Below, in pieces: positions 25,647 through 36,189 of a stretch of DNA of 64,000 bases. This DNA is from Defluviitaleaceae bacterium (GTDB lineage: Bacteria > Bacillota > Clostridia > Lachnospirales > UBA5962): NCBI GenBank assembly GCA_009778165.1, contig WRKF01000188.1:61-64060 (forward strand). The letters are read 5' to 3'. Numbering within the stretch: position 1 is the first letter of the stretch; each line of letters begins with the position of its first letter. A program made the position numbers and the translations under genes. The notes under the pieces are model-generated. The model saw only the letters and a program-made list of their open reading frames with translations, had not been told where the DNA came from and did not search any database.

Positions 25647-26294
25647 TTATAGATCAATATTTTCTGTTCTGTTGTTTCTGTACTGTTGCATTAGATAATT
25701 TTGTTTGTGGCGTTGTACCCGCGGTATATAGTTTTGAGTTTCACGAAAAGGAGGAATACCCCCAAAACGATTCACATTGCCTGCCCCTGCATTGTATGCC
25801 GCAAGAGCCAACTCCAAATTGTTATCAAAACGGTCGAGCATTCGCCGCAGATAACGTGTGCCGCCGTGTACATTTTGCCAAATATCAAACGGGTCTGTAA
25901 CACCCAGGCTTGCAGCAGTACCGGGCATTAACTGCATCAACCCCATCGCTCCGGCATGGCTAACAGCGTTTGGGTTATAACTGCTTTCTGTCATAATAAC
26001 AGCCCTAATCAAGTTTGGGTCTATTGCATATTGGGCAGAAGCACTAGCAATGGCAGTAGCTATTTCCGGATCTAGCTCCGCAGGTGGGTTATCTGTAAAA
26101 TTTTGCAATATTTGTGCAAAAGTAAAACCGCTAGTCAAACCGGCAACGGCAGTAGAGTTAGCCACGTAGTTGACATCTGCTCCGGGTGCTGTTACTGCCA
26201 TATCCTGATTAACAATCCCGGGAGACCTACGAGCCGGCATATTAAGTCCATTTCTTATATCGTTCGTTATTTCATTAAACAAATTAAAGTTCAT
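25647..26294 (-). CDS. Lytic transglycosylase (SLT domain) protein
   Basis: [32 protein letters not shown] ... [11 protein letters not shown] see no obvious N-terminal signal peptide. Confidence 0.85.
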   Translation of the reverse strand: MNFNLFNEITNDIRNGLNMPARRSPGIVNQDMAVTAPGADVNYVANSTAVAGLTSGFTFAQILQNFTDNPPAELDPEIATAIASASAQYAIDPNLIRAVIMTESSYNPNAVSHAGAMGLMQLMPGTAASLGVTDPFDIWQNVHGGTRYLRRMLDRFDNNLELALAAYNAGAGNVNRFGGIPPFRETQNYIPRVQRHKQNYLMQQYRNNRTENIDL

Positions 26295-26514
26295 GCAATC
26301 ATCTCCTTGTCTTTCCTAACGGTTTTAGCAGGGCTTTCCAATTCATATTTCAAATGCCCTTCAAATACCCTTTGACTATTTCCGAAAATATCGCTACAAT
26401 ATCCATATAGATTTTAGATAGATTTTAGAGTTAAGCTGATGTGCGACACTTATCGAAACATCTGCCAAACACCCTATCACATTCTAACACATTTTTTTGA
26501 AAAAGGAAAGCCTT

Positions 26515-28854
26515 ATGAAAATTAATTTTTACAAACCATTAGAATACAGCAAAATAGTGAGTCTGCTGTCTGCAAAAGCTATTAGCTCTCTAGGCAAAGA
26601 GCTTGCCGCCTCTCTTGCCCCATCTATTGATAAAAAGGAGATAGAACAGCTCCAGATTCAGACTACAACAGCTGTAGACATGTTATTAAAAAAAGGTTCT
26701 CTGCCCCTGGGGGGAGCAAAAGACATTACTCAAGCCATAGGGAGAGCGGCTCTCGGTGGTATTCTAAACATTACCGAACTACTCCATGTTGGGGATTTTG
26801 CCTATGTTTGCCGCAGGATGCAGAATTACGCAAAACCCGAAAACAAAGATGATTCCTTTCCGGCATTAGAGCCTTTTTTTGCGGAGATAGGAGTACCGAT
26901 AAAATTGGAAAAAGCTATAAATGCCGCTATTTTAAACGAAACAGAAATGCGAGATGATGCAAGCCCTGCTCTCAACGACATCCGCCGCTCCATAAAACAA
27001 TCCAATGGCAAAATAAAAGAAATGTTGAACAACATAATACATTCTTCACAATACAAAAATATGTTGCAGGACGGAGTTGTAACAATGCGTAGCGGACGTT
27101 TTTGCGTGCCGATAAAACAAGAATACAAAGGATCTTTTCCCGGCATCGTACATGATCAAAGTTCCACAGGGGCTACGGTTTTTATAGAGCCAATGGGAGT
27201 TGTAACTTTAAACAACAAAATCAGGGAACTAGCATCTAAGGAAAAAGAGGAAATAGAAGCTATTCTAAAAAAACTCTCTCTTTTGGTGGAAGAGGAAGTG
27301 CCTTTATTGAAAAACAATCTTCACTTTATAACCGAGCTAGACGTTATCTTTGCGAAAGGGCAGTTATCTTTGGATATGAACGGAACCCAACCTACCTTCA
27401 ATGAAAAGGGGATTATTAATATAGTGAAGGGTCGCCACCCTCTTATAAACAAAACCATCGTTGTGCCGCTAAATATTTACCTTGGGGACACTTTTTCCAC
27501 TTTGCTGATAACGGGGCCAAACACCGGTGGCAAAACTGTTGCCCTAAAAACCCTGGGGTTGTTTACCCTAATGGGTCAAGCGGGGCTTCACGTGCCTGCT
27601 CAAAGCTGTGAGCTTGCAGTGTTTGAAAATGTTTTTGCAGATATTGGGGACGAGCAAAGCATTGAGCAGAGCCTTTCCACATTTTCTGCCCATATGACAA
27701 ATATCGTGAAAATTTTAGAACATGCCACATCAAACTCTCTCGTGCTGTTAGATGAGCTGGGGGCAGGCACAGATCCAACAGAGGGAGCGGCTCTTGCCAT
27801 ATCCATCTTAGAATATCTGCATAAACAGGGGATACGAGCCGCTGTTACAACCCACTACAGCCAGCTAAAACTATACGCCCTTAACACTCCCGGTGTGGAA
27901 AATGCTTCTTGCGAGTTTGACATAAACACCCTCGCTCCAACTTATCGCTTGCTTATTGGTGTTCCCGGAAAAAGTAACGCCTTTGCAATCTCCAAAAAAC
28001 TTGGGCTTTCCGATTATATTATAGATATGGCTAGGGGTTATATAAATAGCCAAGAGGAGAAGCTGGAGGATATAATAGCCGATTTGGAAACTAACAAAAA
28101 GACAGCATTGATGGAAGAGGAAAGAGCTCATAGGTACATGAATGAAGCTAACCGCCTTAAACAGCAGCTAAATGAACAACGACAAAAATTTGAACAGCAA
28201 AAAGAGAAACTTTTGAAAAAGGCGAAGGAGCAGGCTCAAGAAACATTGAGGGCGGCAGAAGAAACAGCGAATTCCATAATAAAAGAGATGATAGCAAAAA
28301 GCAAAGAAGCTAACTTGCACGAAATGGATGCATTGCGGAAATCTATTACAAGCAAAATAGAGGAAATAACACCGAAGCCTGTTTACAAGCCAATCAAAAA
28401 GTTGGTGTTGGGGGATCGGGTTTATATTCACACGCTAAACCAAAGTGGTGTTGTAAGTGCTTTGCCCGATACAAACGCAGATGTGTTGGTAAAAGTGGGC
28501 ATAATGAAGGTAAAAGTACCAATAACCAACCTTTCCTTGGATACAGAAAAAGAGGAGATAACCCTAAGCCCTACGGTACGCTCATCTATAAAAGCCCAAA
28601 AATCTAAAACGATAAGCACAAGCCTGGATATTAGGGGCAAAATGGTGGATGAGGGGTTGGAGCTAACTGCCGGGTATTTGGACGACGCATATTTAACAGG
28701 GTTAAAGCAAGTAACGATAATACATGGGAAGGGATCAGGGGTGCTGCGTAGTGCAATACAAAAATACCTCGCAAAAAACCCTCATGTACAGAGCTACAGA
28801 GCAGGAGAGTTTGGAGAAGGCGACAGCGGAGTTACAGTGGTGGAGGTTAAGTGA
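26515..28854 (+). CDS. mutS2: Endonuclease MutS2
   Basis: Walker A ITGPNTGGKTV, DELGAGTDPTEGAAL, a coiled-coil region, and a C-terminal Smr domain (IIHGKGSGVLRSAI). I chose ATG 26515 behind AAGGAAAG; the ORF track starts at TTG 26497. Confidence 0.93.
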   Translation: MKINFYKPLEYSKIVSLLSAKAISSLGKELAASLAPSIDKKEIEQLQIQTTTAVDMLLKKGSLPLGGAKDITQAIGRAALGGILNITELLHVGDFAYVCRRMQNYAKPENKDDSFPALEPFFAEIGVPIKLEKAINAAILNETEMRDDASPALNDIRRSIKQSNGKIKEMLNNIIHSSQYKNMLQDGVVTMRSGRFCVPIKQEYKGSFPGIVHDQSSTGATVFIEPMGVVTLNNKIRELASKEKEEIEAILKKLSLLVEEEVPLLKNNLHFITELDVIFAKGQLSLDMNGTQPTFNEKGIINIVKGRHPLINKTIVVPLNIYLGDTFSTLLITGPNTGGKTVALKTLGLFTLMGQAGLHVPAQSCELAVFENVFADIGDEQSIEQSLSTFSAHMTNIVKILEHATSNSLVLLDELGAGTDPTEGAALAISILEYLHKQGIRAAVTTHYSQLKLYALNTPGVENASCEFDINTLAPTYRLLIGVPGKSNAFAISKKLGLSDYIIDMARGYINSQEEKLEDIIADLETNKKTALMEEERAHRYMNEANRLKQQLNEQRQKFEQQKEKLLKKAKEQAQETLRAAEETANSIIKEMIAKSKEANLHEMDALRKSITSKIEEITPKPVYKPIKKLVLGDRVYIHTLNQSGVVSALPDTNADVLVKVGIMKVKVPITNLSLDTEKEEITLSPTVRSSIKAQKSKTISTSLDIRGKMVDEGLELTAGYLDDAYLTGLKQVTIIHGKGSGVLRSAIQKYLAKNPHVQSYRAGEFGEGDSGVTVVEVK

Positions 28855-28862
28855 GAAAGTGT

Positions 28863-28899
28863 GACAGCTCTGTATTTGACTGTCCTTATATTTTTTTTG
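28863..28899 (+). terminator. Weak candidate terminator after mutS2
   Basis: 5-bp stem GACAG/CTGTC (28863-28867 / 28880-28884) followed by CTTATATTTTTTTT. Confidence 0.3.
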
Positions 28900-28944
28900 A
28901 CGCTGCTGATTTTTTGATTTCCTTTGATTTCCATGATTTTACTA

Positions 28945-29034
28945 CATAGCAAACGTCTTTTCAATCCACGACTGCTATCGGTCAGAACGCCTCACGCCCT
29001 CTACACTCGTGGTTTCAAAGTGCGTTTGCTATAG
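28945..29034 (+). repeat. REP/MITE-like repeat family A, copy 1
   Basis: CATAGCAAACGTCTTTTCAAT...GGTCAGAACGCCTCACGCCCTCT...ACACTCGTGGTTTCAAAGTGCGTTTGCTATAG. The termini form an inverted repeat (CTATAGCAAACG / CGTTTGCTATAG). It is near-identical to the reverse complement of 53306-53410. Confidence 0.85.
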
Positions 29035-29035
29035 C

Positions 29036-29064
29036 TTGAATATTTTCTTAAATTTTGATATAGT
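29036..29064 (+). promoter_or_regulatory. Candidate sigma-A promoter for thrB
   Basis: TTGAAT (29036-29041), a 17-nt spacer, then TATAGT (29059-29064). The -35 box abuts the right end of repeat A. Confidence 0.4.
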
Positions 29065-29127
29065 ATAGTTTAAGAATTTTTTCATTACAACAAAAAAAAT
29101 TAAAAAGTACAAATGAGGTGAAGTTAT

Positions 29128-30126
29128 ATGATAACTGTACGTGTTCCCGCCACAACCGCAAACCTAGGGGCTGGTTTTGACAGCCTTGGCATGGCACTTA
29201 GTCTATATAATAGAGTTAGTGCTCAGTTTTCTCCTGCACTCTATATAGAAATACAAAACAACAGTGCTAACATGCCAACAAATACTGAAAATTTGATATA
29301 CAAGTCCATGGTTCATTTTTACAGAGAATTTGGTAAGCATATGCCCGCTGTAAGCATTGTGCAAAAGGACGAGATACCAATTTCCAGTGGACTCGGCAGC
29401 AGTGCCGCATGTATTGTGGCAGGTATTATGCTTGCCAACAAACTTTCCGGAAAAAATCTACCAATAGATGCTCTTTTGCAAATAGCGGAGCGGTTAGATG
29501 GGCAGCCGGATAATGTAGCCCCCGCTCTTTTGGGTGGCATAGTTTCCAGTGCAAGAAGAGCCAGAAAACCCCTTGTTTTTTCAAAAATCCCTGTTTCTTC
29601 TGAAATAACGTTTGTGATAATCACCCCTGAATTGCCTCCGAAAACAGAAGAAGCAGCTAAAGTAGCAACTAAGGTGTTACCGTTGGCTCAACGCAAAAAA
29701 GAGCCGGAATTGCCCCCCAAAACAGAGGGAGCTAAGGTGGCACTACCGGCTCAGTACAAAAAAGAAGATGTGTTGCACAACATATCCCGTTCTGCTCTAT
29801 TTATAGCCTCTATGGTAAATGGCGAATGGGACAATTTAGCGACCGCTGTTCAAGACAAAATACATCAACCCTATCGAGAAAAGCAATTCCCACACATGCA
29901 GCAGCTTTTTGTTACAGCTTATTACCACGGTGCAAAAGCTGTGTTTTTGAGTGGCGATGGCCCTTCTGCCATAGCTATTGTAAAAAAAGAAAATAGCCCT
30001 AATTTTGAAGAAGCTCTTATGAAATCTATAAAGAAATTAGGTAAATGGTCATTAACAACCATAGATGCAGACAACGAAGGAGCAACCTACGAAGAAACCG
30101 AAACACCTCAACCACAGGAACAATAA
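29128..30126 (+). CDS. thrB: Homoserine kinase with an in-frame internal tandem duplication
   Basis: VRVPATTANLGAGFD, GHMP motif PISSGLGSSAACIVAG, GQPDNVAPALLGG. It is 332 aa and contains the duplicated PELPPKTE...KKE block. Confidence 0.88.
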   Translation: MITVRVPATTANLGAGFDSLGMALSLYNRVSAQFSPALYIEIQNNSANMPTNTENLIYKSMVHFYREFGKHMPAVSIVQKDEIPISSGLGSSAACIVAGIMLANKLSGKNLPIDALLQIAERLDGQPDNVAPALLGGIVSSARRARKPLVFSKIPVSSEITFVIITPELPPKTEEAAKVATKVLPLAQRKKEPELPPKTEGAKVALPAQYKKEDVLHNISRSALFIASMVNGEWDNLATAVQDKIHQPYREKQFPHMQQLFVTAYYHGAKAVFLSGDGPSAIAIVKKENSPNFEEALMKSIKKLGKWSLTTIDADNEGATYEETETPQPQEQ

Positions 30127-30226
30127 TCAAAAACAATAATGGGCCTGCCGGCTCATTCTATAGCACTTTTTATTAATATTGTCCCATTTTAAAAATGGTG
30201 AAAGTGCTGAATTAAGGATAAGGAAA

Positions 30227-30327
30227 GCAAATTAACTTTTCTGAATTTAAAAAAGTTAGTGAAAAGTTAATTTGCTATTGCAAATTAACTTTTCTGACTT
30301 TTAAGGGGTAGCGAAAAGTTAATTTGC
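30227..30327 (+). repeat. Two consecutive perfect 15-bp hairpins built from the same arm (repeat family C)
   Basis: GCAAATTAACTTTTC...GAAAAGTTAATTTGC at 30227-30275 and again at 30280-30327. The arm GAAAAGTTAATTTGC also occurs at 54284-54298. Confidence 0.85.
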
Positions 30328-30354
30328 TATAATTTGCTATATTGGGAGGAACAA

Positions 30355-30834
30355 ATGATTGAAAAAAGAACTGTGCTTACCTATGAAGGTCTAAAAAATC
30401 TGGAGCAGGAGCTACAGCACCTGAAGATTGTGCGCCGAAAAGAGGTAGCAGAAAAAATAAAGGAAGCTCGCGGACAAGGAGATTTATCCGAAAATGCTGA
30501 GTACGATTCCGCTAAAGAAGAGCAAGCCGAGATAGAATCTCGTATTTTGTCTGTGGAAAAAATGTTGCGCAACGCTGAAATTATAGATGAAGATGGAATA
30601 TCTACAGATACTATCACCATTGGCTCTGTTGTCCGCTTATTGGATGTAGAGTTTAGTGAGGAGTTGGAATATAAAATAGTGGGTTCTGCAGAAGCAGCTC
30701 CGGACAAAGGTTTTATATCTAACGAAAGCCCACTGGGATTGGCACTAATGAACCGCTCAGCAGAAGAAATTGTAGAGGTGAGTGCCCCTGACGGGTTAAT
30801 AGAATACAAAGTTTTAGAGATAGTCGGTAAGTAA
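30355..30834 (+). CDS. greA: Transcription elongation factor GreA
   Basis: LTYEGLKNLEQELQHLK, GDLSENAEYDSAKEEQ. ATG 30355 lies behind GGGAGGA. Confidence 0.93.
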   Translation: MIEKRTVLTYEGLKNLEQELQHLKIVRRKEVAEKIKEARGQGDLSENAEYDSAKEEQAEIESRILSVEKMLRNAEIIDEDGISTDTITIGSVVRLLDVEFSEELEYKIVGSAEAAPDKGFISNESPLGLALMNRSAEEIVEVSAPDGLIEYKVLEIVGK

Positions 30835-30855
30835 AGGCAACTCAAGGGAGAAAAG

Positions 30856-32361
30856 ATGGAAAATAATACAGAAATTTTTACAGAAGACAGTAATCAAGAT
30901 AGTAGCCAGGATAGCAATCGGCTAAAGGAGATAAGGCGGCAAAAACTTGCCGCACTGCAACAAGCGGGTAAAGACCCCTTCAATATAGTCAAATACGATA
31001 TAGACACAAAATCTACAGATATACTGCAAAACTATGAAGCCTATGAAGGGAAAAGGGTTAGCATTGCCGGTCGATTAATGTCTCGTAGACTGATGGGGAA
31101 AGCCAGCTTTTGTGATATTTTGGACAGCCATGGGCGTATACAAATTTATTTAAAGCAAGACCATATGGGAGAGGCCTACGAAGAGTTCAAAAAAACGGAC
31201 ATTGGCGATATATTTGGGATCGTAGGCACGGTTTTTAAAACAAAAAAAGAAGAAATTTCAATTAATGTGCAGGAAATATCTCTCCTTTCCAAAAGTTTAG
31301 AAATTTTACCGGAAAAATTTCATGGGCTGACAAACATAGACCTACGCTATCGCCAACGCTACGTTGATCTAATCGTAAATACAAGCGTTCGCAAAACATT
31401 TGCAAATCGTAGCAAAATTTTAAAGTCTATAAGAAATTATTTAGACAATCAGGGTTATATCGAAGTGGAAACTCCCGTGCTTCAGACAGTGTATGGTGGT
31501 GCAAACGCCGTTCCTTTCACAACTCACCACAAAGCTCTGGATTTGGAGCTTTATTTGCGCATTTCTTTGGAAACCTACCTTAAACGGCTCATAGTGGGTG
31601 GTTTTGACAAAGTTTACGAAATAGGCAGAGTTTTTCGCAATGAGGGGATAAGCACCCGCCACAACCCGGAATTTACAATGCTTGAGCTATATTGTGCCTA
31701 CATTGACTATCACGCAATTATGGAGCTAACAGAGCAATTGGTCCGCACAGCAGCGTATGACGTGTTGGGTACATACAAAATCAGCTACGAAGGTCATGAG
31801 ATGGATTTAGAAAAGCCCTTCGCCCGTATAAGTATGATAGATGCAGTTAAAGAACACACCAATATCGACTTTTCTGAAATAAAAACATCGGAGCAAGCAA
31901 GAGCTGCTGCAAAGGAAAGCGGTGTAGAAGTAGAACCTCACCATAAAATAGGGGATATACTAAACAGCCTTTTTGAAGAAAAAGTTGAAAAAAATCTTAT
32001 ACAACCAACTTTTATTATAGATTACCCCATAGAAATTTCTCCCTTAGCAAAACGCAAACCAAACAATCCGTCTCTAACGGAGCGATTTGAGCTATTTATC
32101 GTGGGAAGGGAATACGCAAATGCTTTTAGCGAGCTAAACGATCCGATAGACCAACGCCAACGGTTTGAAGCCCAAGAGGATTTAAAGGCGAAGGGTAACA
32201 ATGAAGCCATGCCCCTGGACGAGGATTTTATAACCGCTCTTTCTTATGGTATGCCCCCAACGGGAGGGTTAGGCATTGGCATAGATAGGCTCGTTATGCT
32301 CATAACCGGTTGCTCCTCCATAAGAGATGTTATATTTTTCCCAACAATGAAACCACTCTAA
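30856..32361 (+). CDS. lysS: Lysine--tRNA ligase (class II)
   Basis: 501-aa ORF with [49 protein letters not shown]. Confidence 0.95.
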   Translation: MENNTEIFTEDSNQDSSQDSNRLKEIRRQKLAALQQAGKDPFNIVKYDIDTKSTDILQNYEAYEGKRVSIAGRLMSRRLMGKASFCDILDSHGRIQIYLKQDHMGEAYEEFKKTDIGDIFGIVGTVFKTKKEEISINVQEISLLSKSLEILPEKFHGLTNIDLRYRQRYVDLIVNTSVRKTFANRSKILKSIRNYLDNQGYIEVETPVLQTVYGGANAVPFTTHHKALDLELYLRISLETYLKRLIVGGFDKVYEIGRVFRNEGISTRHNPEFTMLELYCAYIDYHAIMELTEQLVRTAAYDVLGTYKISYEGHEMDLEKPFARISMIDAVKEHTNIDFSEIKTSEQARAAAKESGVEVEPHHKIGDILNSLFEEKVEKNLIQPTFIIDYPIEISPLAKRKPNNPSLTERFELFIVGREYANAFSELNDPIDQRQRFEAQEDLKAKGNNEAMPLDEDFITALSYGMPPTGGLGIGIDRLVMLITGCSSIRDVIFFPTMKPL

Positions 32362-32396
32362 GCTGCACAGCATATTGTAGCATATTACAGTATATA

Positions 32397-32448
32397 GCTA
32401 TTCCACTTAATTTTGCCTTCTTCCCAAAATGAAATTGAGTGGAATAGC
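32397..32448 (+). terminator. Candidate lysS terminator hairpin
   Basis: 11-bp stem GCTATTCCACT / AGTGGAATAGC with a partly self-pairing interior, followed by TTCCTGAATT (a poor U-tract). Confidence 0.4.
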
Positions 32449-32535
32449 TTCCTGAATTCGGCGGTTTTAGCCTAATTTTGCAATATAGTCAGTTTAAAAT
32501 GGAACTGCTATATATCTCCATCAATTGGCAGGGCA

Positions 32536-32564
32536 AACGGATTTATTTTCCGAAAATAAATCCG
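32536..32564. terminator. Perfect 13-bp hairpin between convergent genes
   Basis: ACGGATTTATTTT-CCG-AAAATAAATCCGT. There is no flanking U-tract on either strand. Confidence 0.35.
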
Positions 32565-32701
32565 TCATAAAGTGTGCTGATTAATGCAAAAATATGTTGT
32601 TTGCATTAAGAATAATTTAATCGAGATTAGTATATTTCTTGTTTTGTACTTTTTTTCAGTTTTTCAACACGACCCTATATTGCCGATGTTATAAAAGTCA
32701 A

Positions 32702-32947
32702 TTAAACGTCGCAAAGTTTTATCATCAAATCTGTTTCATCTTTTTTTACGATCTCTTTCAAAGAAACAACCTCTGCTTTTGTAATGCCGCTATAAAAGTG
32801 AACTTCTATAATATCACCTATCTTAACTTCATAAGATGCTTTGGCTGTTTTGCCATTTACAATTACCCTGCCGGCGGCACAAGCCTGTGCTGCCAAAGTG
32901 CGCCGCTTTATAAGGCGAGATAATTTCAAAAATTTGTCCAACCTCAT
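32702..32947 (-). CDS. S4-domain RNA-binding protein (YabO/Hsp15-like)
   Basis: [50 protein letters not shown] moved the start to ATG 32947; the ORF-track N-terminal extension is Cys-rich and implausible. Confidence 0.75.
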   Translation of the reverse strand: MRLDKFLKLSRLIKRRTLAAQACAAGRVIVNGKTAKASYEVKIGDIIEVHFYSGITKAEVVSLKEIVKKDETDLMIKLCDV

Positions 32948-33092
32948 TACGACCCCATTTTTAATATTGGAAATATCCAAAAATTCAGCAAACCTACTTT
33001 CAAGAGTATCTGCCAACAAATAATACCTATCAAAGATCAACGCACAACACACATGCAAAATGCAAATACATGTTTTTTGCAAGTTGCATGCC

Positions 33093-33368
33093 TTATTTGT
33101 TTACAGAATCTTTTAATATCTTACCCGCTTTAAATCTAACCGCCTTAGATGCTGGTATAATCATTGTTTCGCTTGTGCGAGGGTTGCGTCCTTCCCTCTC
33201 CTTCCTGTCTACCACTTCCATTGACATAAAACCTACCAGTTGTATTTTACCACCTTCAGAAAGTTCTTTTATTACCACTTCTTCAAAGGCTTTCAAAAAT
33301 TTTTCAGAGTCCTTTTTGCTGAGTTCGGCTGTAGAAGCCAGTGCAGATACTAGTTCCGCTTTGTTCAT
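33093..33368 (-). CDS. hup: DNA-binding protein HU
   Basis: [11 protein letters not shown]...[43 protein letters not shown]; 91 aa. Confidence 0.93.
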   Translation of the reverse strand: MNKAELVSALASTAELSKKDSEKFLKAFEEVVIKELSEGGKIQLVGFMSMEVVDRKEREGRNPRTSETMIIPASKAVRFKAGKILKDSVNK

Positions 33369-33584
33369 TTGACGATTCCTCCTAATTAAAATAAAAATAA
33401 GTTATTTCTTTTTGGGCTTTCAATACACTTTTTAAGACAATTAACCCTCTACAACACTGTTTATACACTTTTTTTGAAATTTTGTCAAGAAAAATGTTTT
33501 TTGTTTTTCTCTTCATAGCTTTTTTGAATCCAAAAAAGCCAAAAAAAAGCTAATTTAGTTTCCTCCGCTATAGCGGATAAGATA

Positions 33585-34889
<1,305 letters not shown>

Positions 34890-34937
34890 TTATAAAAGCC
34901 TCATCGGTTTTTCAAAAACTACATTTCAGAGATTACT

Positions 34938-35228
34938 TTACGTAGTCAAAGTAATCGGATATACAGAAACCTGTTTTTTATCTCTGCCTTTTCTTTCGTA
35001 TCTGACACGACCGTCTGCAAGGGCAAAAAGAGAGTCATTGTTGGCTCTGCCAACATTTTGCCCGGGGTGTATTTTTGTGCCACGCTGTGTGTACAAGATA
35101 TTACCAGCTAAAACATACTGACCATCTGCACGTTTCGCCCCAAGGCGTTTAGACATGGACTCTCTACCATTTTTTGTGGAGCCAACACCTTTTTTGTGAG
35201 CAAAAAGCGATAAATTTATCTTAATCAT
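34938..35228 (-). CDS. rpmA: 50S ribosomal protein L27 (with a 9-aa Prp-cleaved N-terminal extension)
   Basis: MIKINLSLF|[16 protein letters not shown] chose ATG 35228 to give the Firmicute-type 9-residue propeptide. Confidence 0.93.
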   Translation of the reverse strand: MIKINLSLFAHKKGVGSTKNGRESMSKRLGAKRADGQYVLAGNILYTQRGTKIHPGQNVGRANNDSLFALADGRVRYERKGRDKKQVSVYPITLTT

Positions 35229-35248
35229 AGTCTTCACGATTCCTCCTT

Positions 35249-35566
35249 TTATTGTGTTTTATTGTGTTTTACAGTTAACTTAATATCCATAGGATAACTT
35301 TCCTCAATCCCCACAAGCCCCAACAAAAGGCTATTTAACAAAAGTGCCGCTTCTTTGTCAACAGTGTCAGACTTGCACTCAAACGTTAAAAAACCGCCAT
35401 TATCTATGCTGTGGGTAAAGACTTGTTGTGTGAATTTGTCTACGCTATTTATTGTATTTAACGACAACAAAGAAACAGCGGCACATACTATTGGATCCCC
35501 ATGTTCCTTTATTTTAAATGCGTACACATCGTTGTTTCGGTTTTTGTAAACCTTTGCCCGTATCAT
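35249..35566 (-). CDS. prp: Ribosomal-processing cysteine protease Prp
   Basis: 105-aa ORF between rplU and rpmA with [21 protein letters not shown] (His/Cys dyad). Confidence 0.85.
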   Translation of the reverse strand: MIRAKVYKNRNNDVYAFKIKEHGDPIVCAAVSLLSLNTINSVDKFTQQVFTHSIDNGGFLTFECKSDTVDKEAALLLNSLLLGLVGIEESYPMDIKLTVKHNKTQ

Positions 35567-35877
35567 TATCTGTTTATACCGTCTATCTTTAGCTGGGTAT
35601 AGGGCTGTCTGTGTCCCTTTTTCTTGTGGTAGCCCTTTTTGGCTTTAAATTTGTACACTATTACTTTTTTTGCTTTCTCTTGAGCCATAACGGTAGCATC
35701 TACCGTTGCACCGCCCACCGTTGGGGTGCCTACAACAAAATCCCCATCGTTGCTTATTGCAATAACATTGTCAAAGACATAAGATGTACCCGGCTCTACA
35801 TCTAGCTTTTCAATTTTAATAATATCGCCGACTTGCACCTTATACTGCTTGCCTCCGGTTTGGATAATTGCATACAT
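35566..35877 (-). CDS. rplU: 50S ribosomal protein L21
   Basis: MYAIIQTGGKQYKVQVGDIIKIEKL...; 103 aa. Confidence 0.95.
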   Translation of the reverse strand: MYAIIQTGGKQYKVQVGDIIKIEKLDVEPGTSYVFDNVIAISNDGDFVVGTPTVGGATVDATVMAQEKAKKVIVYKFKAKKGYHKKKGHRQPYTQLKIDGINR

Positions 35878-35927
35878 TGTTAAATCTCCTTTATTTGTTA
35901 TTTACGGAACACGCCAAAGTGGGTGCT

Positions 35928-35970
35928 GAGACTTTTTAAAAAAACACCTAAATAACACCTAAAAAGTCTC
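35928..35970 (-). promoter_or_regulatory. Structured 5' leader hairpin upstream of rplU (possible L21-leader-type element)
   Basis: 10-bp stem GAGACTTTTT / AAAAAGTCTC whose loop carries the direct repeat AGGTGTT...AGGTGTT. It is nested inside GTGGGT/ACCCAC pairing, 50-130 nt upstream of the rplU start. Confidence 0.3.
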
Positions 35971-36189
35971 TTAGGCTTAATTACCCACCATGTGCGGTAA
36001 TGTGCAACATCAAGAATATCACAAAAAGACATTTATGTCAAACTTTTCAAAAATAGTTTTCAGCAGAAACGTATAACTTGACAAATAGAGCATTGAGGTG
36101 GTACATTATAGGAGAAAAGTTGTAAGTTACAGCAAATACAGCAAACGCCAATTTAAAACGGGACCGCTATAAACATGGAGGATAACCAA

